A DNA stretch of 64,000 bases from an uncultured candidate division Zixibacteria bacterium (GTDB taxonomy: Bacteria; Zixibacteria; MSB-5A5; GN15; FEB-12), in contig OY760907.1 of NCBI GenBank assembly GCA_963664195.1, positions 2,112,001-2,176,000 on the forward strand. Reading direction: 5' to 3'. The notes under the pieces were generated by a model. The model ran no database searches. It saw only the letters and a list, made by a program, of their open reading frames with translations, and was not told where the DNA came from. Position numbers and translations under genes: made by a program. Positions 28,406 through 37,870 of the stretch are shown one piece after another (the first letter of the stretch is position 1; every line of letters begins with the position of its first letter).

Positions 28406-29125
28406 CTACTCCAGATACTCCAGGGTCAATCCCGATTCATCCAATCGTGCATAACTGAAGTGTGTGATGAAATCTCCCGTGTTGACGTACATGCCCTTGT
28501 TGAATTTCTTCAATACCGGAATGTGAAGATGCCCGATGGCGACCACATCGTATCCGTCGTTGACTCTTGCCCGTGCGTAGTCCTCGTAGTCGGCAGCGAA
28601 GCCGTAGTCCCTCTTTGATGTATGGTCCCGTGAGGTACCGGACACCTTTTTTGCAAACGGTATTGCCCAGTCCGGCGGCAGTTTGCGGTATAGCCAGATA
28701 TAGAACGGATTTCGCAGCACTTTCTTGAGCACGCGGTATCCACGGTCGGCGGCGGCCAGACCGTCGCCGTGAATCAGATGTAGTCTACGTCCGGCGTATT
28801 CGCAGTCGAGGCTGTCGCGATGCACCCGCAGACCGATCTGTTTCTCGAAGTAATCCCCCATCCAGAAGTCATGATTGCCGCTGATATAGTCGATTTCAAT
28901 ACCGGCCTTGATCAGGTCGCGCAGCATAAAGAGGATTTCGTGGTGATCCTTCGGGACGGCGTGTTTGTACTCGAACCAGAAATCAAACAGGTCTCCGAGG
29001 ATTACCAGACGGTCGCCATCGTTTCTGACCCTCTCAAACAGCTCACCGATACGCTTGACCTTGAGTTTCTCAAGATCGCCCGGACCGGAACCGAGATGAG
29101 CATCGGAAAAAATGTATAAAGCCAT
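28406..29125 (-). CDS. lpxH: UDP-2,3-diacylglucosamine diphosphatase (LpxH-like)
   Basis: SDAHLG, LGDLFDFWFEY, GNHD, IHGDG, GHLH metallophosphoesterase motifs. Confidence 0.85.
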   Translation of the reverse strand: MALYIFSDAHLGSGPGDLEKLKVKRIGELFERVRNDGDRLVILGDLFDFWFEYKHAVPKDHHEILFMLRDLIKAGIEIDYISGNHDFWMGDYFEKQIGLRVHRDSLDCEYAGRRLHLIHGDGLAAADRGYRVLKKVLRNPFYIWLYRKLPPDWAIPFAKKVSGTSRDHTSKRDYGFAADYEDYARARVNDGYDVVAIGHLHIPVLKKFNKGMYVNTGDFITHFSYARLDESGLTLEYLE

Positions 29126-29146
29126 TCCTGACTCGGGAGACTTGCT

Positions 29147-29180
29147 CTGGCAGGTGCTCCATGATCAGAGCACCTGCCGG
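29147..29180. other. Perfect intergenic hairpin between purL and lpxH
   Basis: GGCAGGTGCTC-N8-GAGCACCTGCC with no U-tail. Confidence 0.6.
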
Positions 29181-29232
29181 CGTTGGATTTATCTGAGGCC
29201 TATCGCCGACTGCGACAACCCTCTACGATTTT

Positions 29233-31473
29233 CTAGCCCACCTCTTCCATCTTACGAGGGAGCGTCGCGCAATAGGCAGTCGAGAGATCAGACAGTGCGC
29301 TGTCAATCAGGTCGTTAATCTTCAGGTGGTCACCGCCCACCGCGCCGATTTGTTCAACCGGAATGCCTCCGCTTTCAAAGTGCTGTTTGAGTCTGTCGGC
29401 ATCGGCCGGGGCACAACTTACCAAAATGCGAGACTGCGACTCTCCAAACAACAGGCAGTCAGGCCGTATATCCGTTCTGAGAGTTACCGCAGCCCCAATC
29501 TGATTCTCCGCATTGCTGATGCAGCCCTCGGTCAGAGCCACGGCAAGTCCGCCATCGCTGAGGTCGTGAGCCGACTTGACGCAGCCAGTCTTGATGGCAT
29601 CGAGTACGGAATCCTGCAGTTTCTTCTCAAACGTCAAATCGAGTGCGGGTACGGGTCCACGAGTTTGGTTTTGCACAGTGTGGAGATACTCGGAGGCGCC
29701 AAGTTCTTCTTTCGTTTCGCCGAGTAGCAGGATGACGTCGCCGCTGTCCTTGAACCATTGTGTTGTGATGTGGTCGGTGTGTTCGACCAGGCCGACCATG
29801 CCGATTGTCGGAGTCGGGAACACGGCCCGGCTGGGGTCTTCATTGTAGAACGAGACATTGCCGCCCGTCACCGGCGTGTTGAACACATTGCAGGCTTCGC
29901 CCATTCCGGCAACCGCCTCCGCGAAGCAGTAATAAATCTCCGGTTTATACGGGTTGCCGAAATTGAGACAGTTGGTGATTGCCAGCGGTCTGCCGCCTGA
30001 GCAGACGACGTTGCGGGCGGATTCGGCCACAGCGCTTTGCGCTCCAAGTCTCGGATTGAGGTAGCAGAAGCGACCGTTGCAATCAGTGGCCATTGCCAGT
30101 GCGCGGTCGGTCTTGCGAATCCTGAGCACTGCCGCATCGGACCCCGGACCGACCGCTGTGTTGGTGCGTACCATCGAGTCGTACTGATCGAATACCCAGC
30201 CCTTGTAGCAGAGGTTCGGTGAGCCGATCATCGTGACCAGCGTTTCATTCCAGTCGCGCTCGGTAGAATAGTCGTCCAGGTTGATTTTGTTTAGTTCATC
30301 GAGGTTGGCCGGACGTTTCGTCTCTCGGTGGTATACAGGGGCGCCTCCTCCGAGCACGAGATCATTAGAGGGAATCTGCGACATGACCTCGCCGTTGAGG
30401 CGTACCGTCATCATCTTGTCGGAGGTAACCTCACCGATGATAGTCGAATCCAGACCCCACTTGTCGAACACCTTTGTCACCTTGCTCTCATTGCCCTTCT
30501 TGACACAGACAAGCATACGTTCCTGTGATTCGGAAAGGAGGATCTCATACGGTGTCATGCCGCTCTCGCGAACGGGCACCTTGTCGATATCTATCAGCAT
30601 CCCCGATTCACCCTTGGCCGACATCTCGGCCGAGGAGCAGGTGAGGCCCGCCGCACCCATGTCCTGGATGCCTACGATTAAATCCTGGCGAATGATCTCG
30701 AGCGTTGCCTCAAGCAGCAGCTTCTCAGTAAACGGGTCGCCGATTTGCACCGACGGGCGCTTCTCCTGCGAGGCTGCCGTCAGTTCTTCCGAGGCAAAGG
30801 TGGCGCCGTGGATGCCGTCGCGGCCGGTTTTCGACCCAACGATCATGATCGGGTTGCCTTCGCCCTCGGCTATTGCCGACGCGATACCGTCATCGGCCAC
30901 TATGCCCACCGCCATGGCATTGATTAACGGATTGATCGTATAGGAGTCGTCGAATATGACTTCACCGGCCACGGTTGGCACGCCAAAGGAATTGCCATAG
31001 TCGCCGATTCCGCGCACGACACCGTCGACCAGATACCGTACCCGTGGATTGTCCGGTGAACCGAAATGCAGAGAATTGAGCGATGCAATCGGCCTCGCGC
31101 CCATGGTGAAGATGTCACGGAGGATGCCTCCGACGCCTGTCGCCGCGCCCTGATAGGGTTCAATGGCCGACGGGTGGTTGTGGGACTCGATTTTGAACAC
31201 AACAGCTAGTCCGTCGCCGATATCGACAGCACCCGCGTTTTCCTCGCCGGCTTTGGCAAGCAACGCCTCACCGTCGCGCGGCAAGGTCTTGAGCAGGGCA
31301 ATGGAGTTCTTATAGCTGCAATGCTCCGACCACATTACTGAGAAAACGCCGAGTTCGGTGAAACTGGGATCACGGCCAAGGATTTCCTTGATCCGTGCGT
31401 ACTCATCTTCCGTAAGCCCGTGATGTTTGACCATCTTCGGCGTGACTTCGGGCTGAATGTACTTGTCTGCCAT
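29233..31473 (-). CDS. purL: Phosphoribosylformylglycinamidine synthase subunit PurL (small type)
   Basis: [48 protein letters not shown]. Confidence 0.96.
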   Translation of the reverse strand: MADKYIQPEVTPKMVKHHGLTEDEYARIKEILGRDPSFTELGVFSVMWSEHCSYKNSIALLKTLPRDGEALLAKAGEENAGAVDIGDGLAVVFKIESHNHPSAIEPYQGAATGVGGILRDIFTMGARPIASLNSLHFGSPDNPRVRYLVDGVVRGIGDYGNSFGVPTVAGEVIFDDSYTINPLINAMAVGIVADDGIASAIAEGEGNPIMIVGSKTGRDGIHGATFASEELTAASQEKRPSVQIGDPFTEKLLLEATLEIIRQDLIVGIQDMGAAGLTCSSAEMSAKGESGMLIDIDKVPVRESGMTPYEILLSESQERMLVCVKKGNESKVTKVFDKWGLDSTIIGEVTSDKMMTVRLNGEVMSQIPSNDLVLGGGAPVYHRETKRPANLDELNKINLDDYSTERDWNETLVTMIGSPNLCYKGWVFDQYDSMVRTNTAVGPGSDAAVLRIRKTDRALAMATDCNGRFCYLNPRLGAQSAVAESARNVVCSGGRPLAITNCLNFGNPYKPEIYYCFAEAVAGMGEACNVFNTPVTGGNVSFYNEDPSRAVFPTPTIGMVGLVEHTDHITTQWFKDSGDVILLLGETKEELGASEYLHTVQNQTRGPVPALDLTFEKKLQDSVLDAIKTGCVKSAHDLSDGGLAVALTEGCISNAENQIGAAVTLRTDIRPDCLLFGESQSRILVSCAPADADRLKQHFESGGIPVEQIGAVGGDHLKINDLIDSALSDLSTAYCATLPRKMEEVG

Positions 31474-31599
31474 GACATTCCTTTTCTGTTTGGCAGGTGC
31501 GGCCTGCAAAGAAAAGAATATAGATCGCCCGGGCATTCAGGTCAAGCAGGCATTCGGTTTGTCCGATTGGAGAGGGGAGGGCCTCTCTGTAGATAGGAC

Positions 31600-31652
31600 A
31601 AAAAAAGAGGCCACCCGCGACATGCGAAAAGGTTTTGCAGGTCGGGGTGGCC
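31600..31652 (-). terminator. Intrinsic terminator after the dockerin-tailed gene
   Basis: GGCCACC...GGTGGCC long hairpin followed by TCTTTTTTT on the - strand. Confidence 0.7.
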
Positions 31653-31696
31653 GTCTATGCCTAGAACTATTTCAGTCTAGCAATATGCCGTCGGAC

Positions 31697-34600
31697 TTAT
31701 TCCGGACACGGCGGGAGCGGATTGAGGCTGATGAACAGGTGGTCGATAAGGACCGTAAGGTCACCCATCGTCACAAACCCGTCAGTAGACAGATCCACGT
31801 TACCTTCAGCAACACAATCCAGCGGAGCGAGGCTGATAAACAGGTGGTCGATAAGGACCGTAAGGTCACCCATCGTCACGAAGTTGTCAGCGGAACCGTC
31901 GACGTTACCCACAGACGGGCCTGTACAGCAGGTGCTGCCGCCGCCGAAGCCGCGAACGTACTCCCAATACCAATCTCTGGCATCTGCAACGTTGGCCTTC
32001 AGGTCGTCCAGCGTACCGTTACGAAGGGTCGCATAGAGCGTGTAGAAGGTAAGCGTGTCAGTCGGGGCCAGCGTGTAGTCATACACGTAGGTGAAGAAGG
32101 AACCCTGGTCAGCCAGCGTACCCTGGCCGGTGATGCCACTGGTGGCCACGGTAGTGCGCCACAGATCGGCATCCGGCTCGTACTCGCCATCCGGATCATC
32201 GAAATAATCACGGACCGCAACGCCCTGGGCACTGTGGAAGGCCAGGTTGTTGGCGGAGTCATTGGCATTGAACTCGGCGTTGGTGTACCAGCCGAGCATA
32301 GCCTGAGCGGCATAACGATTGGTGTTGGACTGGCAGCCATCATGGCCGGTCGTGTCGGAGCCCTGCAGATACAGGAACATGCCGCCGGTGCCGGACGGGG
32401 TAGTACCGCCAGAAATGTTCTCGGAACCGTCATCGGCCGGGACATCCCAGTCGATGGCATCACCGAAGGTGACACCGGTGTGAGTTCCGCCGTCACGAAC
32501 GTACAGCTTGGACTCAACAACGACGAAGCTCGGATTGCCTACGCTGGAGTTGTGATGAGTAATCACGCGACGGATAACGCCGAACGCGGTGTCACGGCTG
32601 ACCATGGTGCCGGTCGAAACGAAACAATACTCATCATTGATGCAGCCGCCCGCCATCGGGATTTCCGGATAAGGATCGAAGCTGCAAACGTCAGCCTGGT
32701 TGTCACGATACAAGGAGGTCGTGATGGCGGTGTTGGTACCGTCGTACTCCAGGATGAACGGGGAACCGGAGAACATGTAGACCGTAGCGGTGCTGTCGCA
32801 GTCGCCGCCGTCAACCGTGAAGTCCATGTTCACGCCGCCTTCGCCACCCATGCCGAGTTCACCAAAGTTACTGACGGCGAGAGCGATATTGTCGCCAAGT
32901 CCGAGAGCGCCCTTGGAATCCCAGGCAGTGGAGGTAGCGACGGTGTCAAAGCCCCACTCTTCAACTTCATCAGCGGCCACCATGTGGATGTTAATGATGT
33001 AGATCGGGGTATTGTCAGCGTTAGAGTTGATAGTGACAGTTCCGTCGAGCCAGTTGTCTCCCGTGAGGGAGGTCGGGTCGATTTCCATGTCAAAAGTCAG
33101 GGTGTTGCCCACGCCAGCCGGAACGGTGGCATCTGAGATAGACGTGCTCAGCCAGCCGGTGGCGGTTCCGGTTTCGTTGGCAACGATGCTGGAGATTTCC
33201 AGATCCAGGTTGCCGTCGTTGGTGACGGTGACCGGATAGACTACTGCAGCGGAGTTGAGAACATAATTCGGCCAGACGAGATCGCCCTGGGAGACATCAA
33301 TGATGGCCTTACCAACCTGTGGTACACAGGCCATACGCAGCCAGCGGACAGCGTTGAAGCTGGCCGGATACACCAGACCATCGTGGTCATTGGTCCACCA
33401 GGCTGACGGGTATTCATCGTCAATGTAGGTCAGGTTCAGCCACTTGTCGCCAGCATAGGTGCCGCCGCCCGGGACAACTTCGTTCGTCGGGAAGACGAGA
33501 CCGCCGGTCTGCTGGATCGGCTGGGCGGACATAGAAACCGCATACTCATCGCCACACGCGCGACCGGAATCCGGCCAGCAGGTGTCAGTGATGGTGTTGG
33601 TCAGGTTGCGTGCCGGATCCCAAAGGAGACCGTTGAGGCCGGTAGAAACACTGACGAAGATTTCCCAGTTGCCGTCGCAACGGTTGTCGTTCAGACGCTC
33701 ACCCTGACAATCCAGAGCGTGACCGAGAATCGAGTCCGCAAAGGTCGTGTCAACCAGCGGATCCATTTGGTTCAGCTTGGAGTGAATCTGACCCCAAACC
33801 GTATACAGATGGTTATCGCACTGGGCGAGTTGACAGTTGGTGATGTACTGGGCATCAAACAGGTTCGGTCCGAAGCCGCACTGGTAGACGTTCCAGTCCA
33901 TCTCAGCATTCCAGAGAGTCTGGTCGTAGGAACCGTCGGCAACCTTCACGATCGTACCACCGGCATTGGGGCCGGCAACGGTACGGGACCAATGAAGAAT
34001 GTCACAGTTGAAGTCACCCCACTCATCAAACAGAGTGCGCGCGTCATACGGATCGATCGGGATCGGCATAGCCGTGAAGACAACGTGCAGGTCATTGTTT
34101 GAGTCGTAGATGGCGTCCATGTCTTCACCCCAGGACAGAGAGTAGCTGTTGGCCGTCTCTGTGCCGTCATGGACGAAGCTCGTGACGTTGGTCTTGGGAC
34201 CCCAACTAACACCGTAGTCGGAGGACTCACGGAGGTACAGGTCACCGTCAAGCCAAGACTGCTCGGAGATGCCAGTAGCAGAAAGGTGACGATACAGAAG
34301 GGCCACGTCGCCGGAGTTCTGGTTGGCAACAACTTTGCGGCCAGAGAACAGGATGGTGGAATCGATGAGTACACCGTTGGTCCAGGTTCCTGCGTCAAGA
34401 TCACCGACCTTGCGGAAATAGAACAACTGGATAGCACCCCACGGACCACCGTCGAGGCTACCGGTACGACCGTTTTCCATACCAAAGACGTGGGTGATCT
34501 TGTCGGTACCGTTCATCTGTGTGGCGATCGACGGAAGCGCAAAGCCGGTGGAATCCGGATCTGCCCATCCTGACACGGCCGTATAAGTGGTCTGCGGCAC

Positions 34601-35221
34601 GTAAGCCGTAAGCCAGTTACAGTCGTGCGGGAATTCCTGATAATAGAACGTGTGATTCGGGACGACGTCGCCGCTCTCACTGTCAAAGCCGTCCATTACC
34701 ACGAGGCCATCCGGGAATACTGCGATACCCGGTGTGCTGCCGCCGTTTTCGGAAGCCTGCAACAAGCAGCCGATGTCCTGGGTCTGTGGCCAGGAGCCGT
34801 CGGTGGCGTCGTAGACGTTGTATCCACCGCGTCTCACCGTGCCGGAATCAGTATCCGGAGCATCGGTGTAGACAAAGTGAATGTCAGCCATGCCGGTGCC
34901 CTGAGTGACAGCGACGTGGTCGTCAACTTCATCAGTCCACTGGTAATCATCATAAGTGTGATCAACGACTTCACCGAAGCCAGGGGCTTTGGTCATAGCA
35001 GCGCCAAGCGGAATCCAACGAGGTTTTTCCTCGGCATTCCGGTTCGGAGCGAGCTGATCAAGATTAGTAACCGCGACTTTTTCCATAGTCGGGAACTGGG
35101 CAAACGAATCCATACTCTTGGCGCGTTTGCTCTCAGTAAGCGATGTGGAGAAGACGGACGCGGTCAGCACCATGGATAGCAGTAGCGCGAAAGCTACAGT
35201 AGCAAGTGCCTTTTTCGTCAT
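31697..35221 (-). CDS. Large secreted protein (Asp-box/beta-propeller-like region, Ig-like domain) with C-terminal duplicated dockerin-like module
   Basis: Signal peptide; Asp-box ESSDYGVSW; VTVTNDGNLDLEI Ig-like strand; C-terminal CC..GNVDGSADNFVTMGDLTVLIDHLF x2 ...PLPPCP. Confidence 0.85.
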   Translation of the reverse strand: MTKKALATVAFALLLSMVLTASVFSTSLTESKRAKSMDSFAQFPTMEKVAVTNLDQLAPNRNAEEKPRWIPLGAAMTKAPGFGEVVDHTYDDYQWTDEVDDHVAVTQGTGMADIHFVYTDAPDTDSGTVRRGGYNVYDATDGSWPQTQDIGCLLQASENGGSTPGIAVFPDGLVVMDGFDSESGDVVPNHTFYYQEFPHDCNWLTAYVPQTTYTAVSGWADPDSTGFALPSIATQMNGTDKITHVFGMENGRTGSLDGGPWGAIQLFYFRKVGDLDAGTWTNGVLIDSTILFSGRKVVANQNSGDVALLYRHLSATGISEQSWLDGDLYLRESSDYGVSWGPKTNVTSFVHDGTETANSYSLSWGEDMDAIYDSNNDLHVVFTAMPIPIDPYDARTLFDEWGDFNCDILHWSRTVAGPNAGGTIVKVADGSYDQTLWNAEMDWNVYQCGFGPNLFDAQYITNCQLAQCDNHLYTVWGQIHSKLNQMDPLVDTTFADSILGHALDCQGERLNDNRCDGNWEIFVSVSTGLNGLLWDPARNLTNTITDTCWPDSGRACGDEYAVSMSAQPIQQTGGLVFPTNEVVPGGGTYAGDKWLNLTYIDDEYPSAWWTNDHDGLVYPASFNAVRWLRMACVPQVGKAIIDVSQGDLVWPNYVLNSAAVVYPVTVTNDGNLDLEISSIVANETGTATGWLSTSISDATVPAGVGNTLTFDMEIDPTSLTGDNWLDGTVTINSNADNTPIYIINIHMVAADEVEEWGFDTVATSTAWDSKGALGLGDNIALAVSNFGELGMGGEGGVNMDFTVDGGDCDSTATVYMFSGSPFILEYDGTNTAITTSLYRDNQADVCSFDPYPEIPMAGGCINDEYCFVSTGTMVSRDTAFGVIRRVITHHNSSVGNPSFVVVESKLYVRDGGTHTGVTFGDAIDWDVPADDGSENISGGTTPSGTGGMFLYLQGSDTTGHDGCQSNTNRYAAQAMLGWYTNAEFNANDSANNLAFHSAQGVAVRDYFDDPDGEYEPDADLWRTTVATSGITGQGTLADQGSFFTYVYDYTLAPTDTLTFYTLYATLRNGTLDDLKANVADARDWYWEYVRGFGGGSTCCTGPSVGNVDGSADNFVTMGDLTVLIDHLFISLAPLDCVAEGNVDLSTDGFVTMGDLTVLIDHLFISLNPLPPCPE
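31724..31879. repeat. 51-bp direct repeat x2 (dockerin-like halves), period 105 bp
   Basis: 31724-31774 and 31829-31879 are identical except for one base. Confidence 0.85.
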
Positions 35222-35871
35222 GTTAATATCCCTTTCGAAACACTAAGAGTTCTTGACTCTCCCTCTCTAGAGGGTAAATCAATGAAAACAACCGACCTAA
35301 GTCATCCTGCGGACGCTAGATGCACCGCAGAAATGTCAACGTTACTCTCTACTACGAATTCACCTCCCTTCACTAACAGCGACATATCGTCCCGTTTTTG
35401 TGTAATGCTCCGTTGGACATTACGGCGCATTACCGCGTGGTCAATAAAGTACACTTATGTGGTCTGTTCGACGCTTTTTGGCCGCAGTCACATGTCTACT
35501 CAAAGGTGTCAGTCCGCTTTGCTGTTTACCGGATGGGTTACCGGGTGGGAACTAGTCTCACAGGCTCCGCCGGACGCAAGCCAACTCTACAAATTGTACT
35601 AGGTGTCGGTGCAAAGATGTCGTGTCAAAGTAGTAGTATATTAAGCTCGCGATGTGACGCAATACGCCACACACACCCCCAATGATAACATATCATACTG
35701 CCTGCTGTCAAGGGTTTTCCTGCTTTTGAGGGGCTTTCGGTGGGCGGTTTTGTGGCACCAAACTGCGGTAGATAGCGGGCGCAGAGCAACGGCGGTCTAT
35801 CTCTCCTTGAGTAGTGCCGGTTGAGCACTATTTTAGGTTTTCTTTGCTCTATTCCTGTGTATTATGTCGCT

Positions 35872-37275
35872 ATGGATATTCCTGAGACTGTGCGCCGCAA
35901 TATCGCAGATTCTGCGATGCTGTCTGGCGGTGAGGCTGTGTTGGTGGCTCTTTCCGGAGGCCCAGATTCGGTGGCGTTGTTGCATGTTCTATGTCGGCTC
36001 AAAAAGAAGCTGAAATTAGATATCACGGCAATGTATATCAATCATCAGATGCGCCTCAGGGCAGCCCGGGCGGAGGAAGAGTTCTGCCGGCAACTGTGTG
36101 AAGGACTGAAAGTTAAGCTGATTATTGAGCGACACGATGTCCCCTCGGTTGCAAAGCAGTCCGGGAAGGGGTTGGAGGAAGCTGCACGCGACATTCGATA
36201 CCAGGTATTCGAGCGCATGATCGGAGAGTATGCTTTTGATCGAGTGGCTCTTGGGCATCACGCCGACGACCAGGTAGAAACGGTCCTGTTTCGGCTATTC
36301 CGCGGTACCGGGCGCTCCGGGTTGACCGGCATTCCCGCTGTGCGAGGGAATTACATCCGCCCACTTCTGTCGCTTCGGAAAGCGGAAATCCTTGACTATC
36401 TTAATGTGAACGGCCTTGAATACTGCGAAGATCGCTCCAATGCCTCCCTGAAGTATCGTCGGAACTATATACGACACAAGCTCATCCCGGCGGTCCGCAA
36501 GAACCTCAACCTGCGGGCTGGCGAGGCAGTGTTGGCGATGGTTGACACTGTCTCAGCCGAGGAGCAGTATCTTGAGGGGGTGGTGGCGCGACATTGGCGA
36601 AAAATCGTCGTAACCACGCCGGGTGAGAAATTAAACCTTGATTTGCAGGCTCTTTGCGGTTATGATATATGGTTACGCAGGAGACTCTTAAGGCGTTGTC
36701 TTGTAGAGACTTGTCGGAGCGGGAAGGCCCCGGCAAGAGAGGTCGTTGAACGGCTTGATCGTTTTGCCCGTTCGCCAAAGGGTGCAATCTCGTTGCCGCA
36801 ATCGGTGCGGGCCTCGGTTGTTGACGGCAGATTGCTCATATTCAGGGTCGAACCCAGATCGTTGAATATACCCCTCGTGCCGGGAAAGAGGTTGGTGTTT
36901 GACTGGCCACATCTGTTCTTCAAGTCGCGGGTTGTTTCGCGCGGTGATGCGCCTATAGAGAAGCATGCCCGGGCGCGGCGTGTCACGCTGGATTGGGACA
37001 AGCTCGAAGCACCTTTCACCGTGCGTTTGATCCGGCCCGGCGATAGATTCGTACCGTTGGGAATGTGCGGACACAAGAAGGTAGGCAACTATCTTACGGA
37101 TCGTAAGGTATGCAGGGAATACCGGGACGAGATTCCGGTCGTTTGTGACAACAGGGGAATCGTCTGGCTGACCGGTTTTGAGATTGCCGAGCGGGCCAGG
37201 GTGGATTCCAAAACCAGGAAGGTGCTGACGATTGAGTACGGTGTCAGAAAAGGATACGGTCGCTCGACCTTTTGA
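35872..37275 (+). CDS. tilS: tRNA(Ile) lysidine(34) synthetase
   Basis: ALSGGPDS, EEAARDIRY, GHHADDQVET, IRPLL, DRSN...RNYIR. Confidence 0.95.
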   Translation: MDIPETVRRNIADSAMLSGGEAVLVALSGGPDSVALLHVLCRLKKKLKLDITAMYINHQMRLRAARAEEEFCRQLCEGLKVKLIIERHDVPSVAKQSGKGLEEAARDIRYQVFERMIGEYAFDRVALGHHADDQVETVLFRLFRGTGRSGLTGIPAVRGNYIRPLLSLRKAEILDYLNVNGLEYCEDRSNASLKYRRNYIRHKLIPAVRKNLNLRAGEAVLAMVDTVSAEEQYLEGVVARHWRKIVVTTPGEKLNLDLQALCGYDIWLRRRLLRRCLVETCRSGKAPAREVVERLDRFARSPKGAISLPQSVRASVVDGRLLIFRVEPRSLNIPLVPGKRLVFDWPHLFFKSRVVSRGDAPIEKHARARRVTLDWDKLEAPFTVRLIRPGDRFVPLGMCGHKKVGNYLTDRKVCREYRDEIPVVCDNRGIVWLTGFEIAERARVDSKTRKVLTIEYGVRKGYGRSTF

Positions 37276-37783
37276 GTTGCTTCTGGATCAGAAGCGGATC
37301 GAAAAACGGATCAAGCAGCTAGGCGAGAAGATCACCTCGGATTATCAGAACCAGTCGGTGGTGTTGGTGGGCATTTTGAAGGGTTGTGTGGTGTTTCTCT
37401 CAGACTTGATGCGCCACATCAAGCTGCCGATTGAGCTTGAGTTCATTTCGGCTGCCTCTTATCGCAAAGGTTTGAAGCAAGAAGATGACATTATTATCGG
37501 TGGTGGTGTTGCGGTCCCTTTGAAGGATCGACACGTGTTGATCGTTGACGGCGTGGTTGATTCGGCTCGCACCGTGTCCACAATTATCAGTCGGCTTCAG
37601 AAAGAGGAACCGGCGTCGCTTGAAGTTGTTACTCTTCTTGACAAGCCCGGCAGTCACCGTTGCAAGGTTGACCTCAAGTATAAGGGGTTCACGATCGGCA
37701 ACGAGTTTGTGATCGGTTTTGGTCTGGACAACACGCAGCGCTATCGTAATCTGCCTTTTGTCGGACGCCTGGTCGACCGATGA
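37232..37783 (+). CDS. hpt: Hypoxanthine phosphoribosyltransferase-like protein (altered PRPP motif)
   Basis: GILKG, ASY loop, LLDKP, FVIGFGLD, YRNLP; located between tilS and ftsH. Confidence 0.85.
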   Translation: MSTVSEKDTVARPFELLLDQKRIEKRIKQLGEKITSDYQNQSVVLVGILKGCVVFLSDLMRHIKLPIELEFISAASYRKGLKQEDDIIIGGGVAVPLKDRHVLIVDGVVDSARTVSTIISRLQKEEPASLEVVTLLDKPGSHRCKVDLKYKGFTIGNEFVIGFGLDNTQRYRNLPFVGRLVDR

Positions 37784-37870
37784 GTACTAAGATAAGGGTG
37801 ATAGGCTGAATTAACTCACCCTGAAGGCGTATAAGAGTAAACGGAAACTCGAATACTTGCTGGAGAATAA

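Noticed and set aside
31724..31879. Direct repeats considered as a CRISPR array or DGR template/variable repeat
   Set aside because: Only two copies, in frame within a CDS; no cas or reverse transcriptase gene in the window; a single synonymous mismatch.
31457..33136. 559-aa + strand ORF with an internal repeat
   Set aside because: Antisense shadow of the dockerin-tailed gene; its repeat is just the reverse complement of the dockerin duplication.
35753..35768. sigma54 -24/-12 promoter candidates (TGGCAC...GC here and near 7816)
   Set aside because: GG-to-GC spacing is 9 or 7 nt rather than the required 10.
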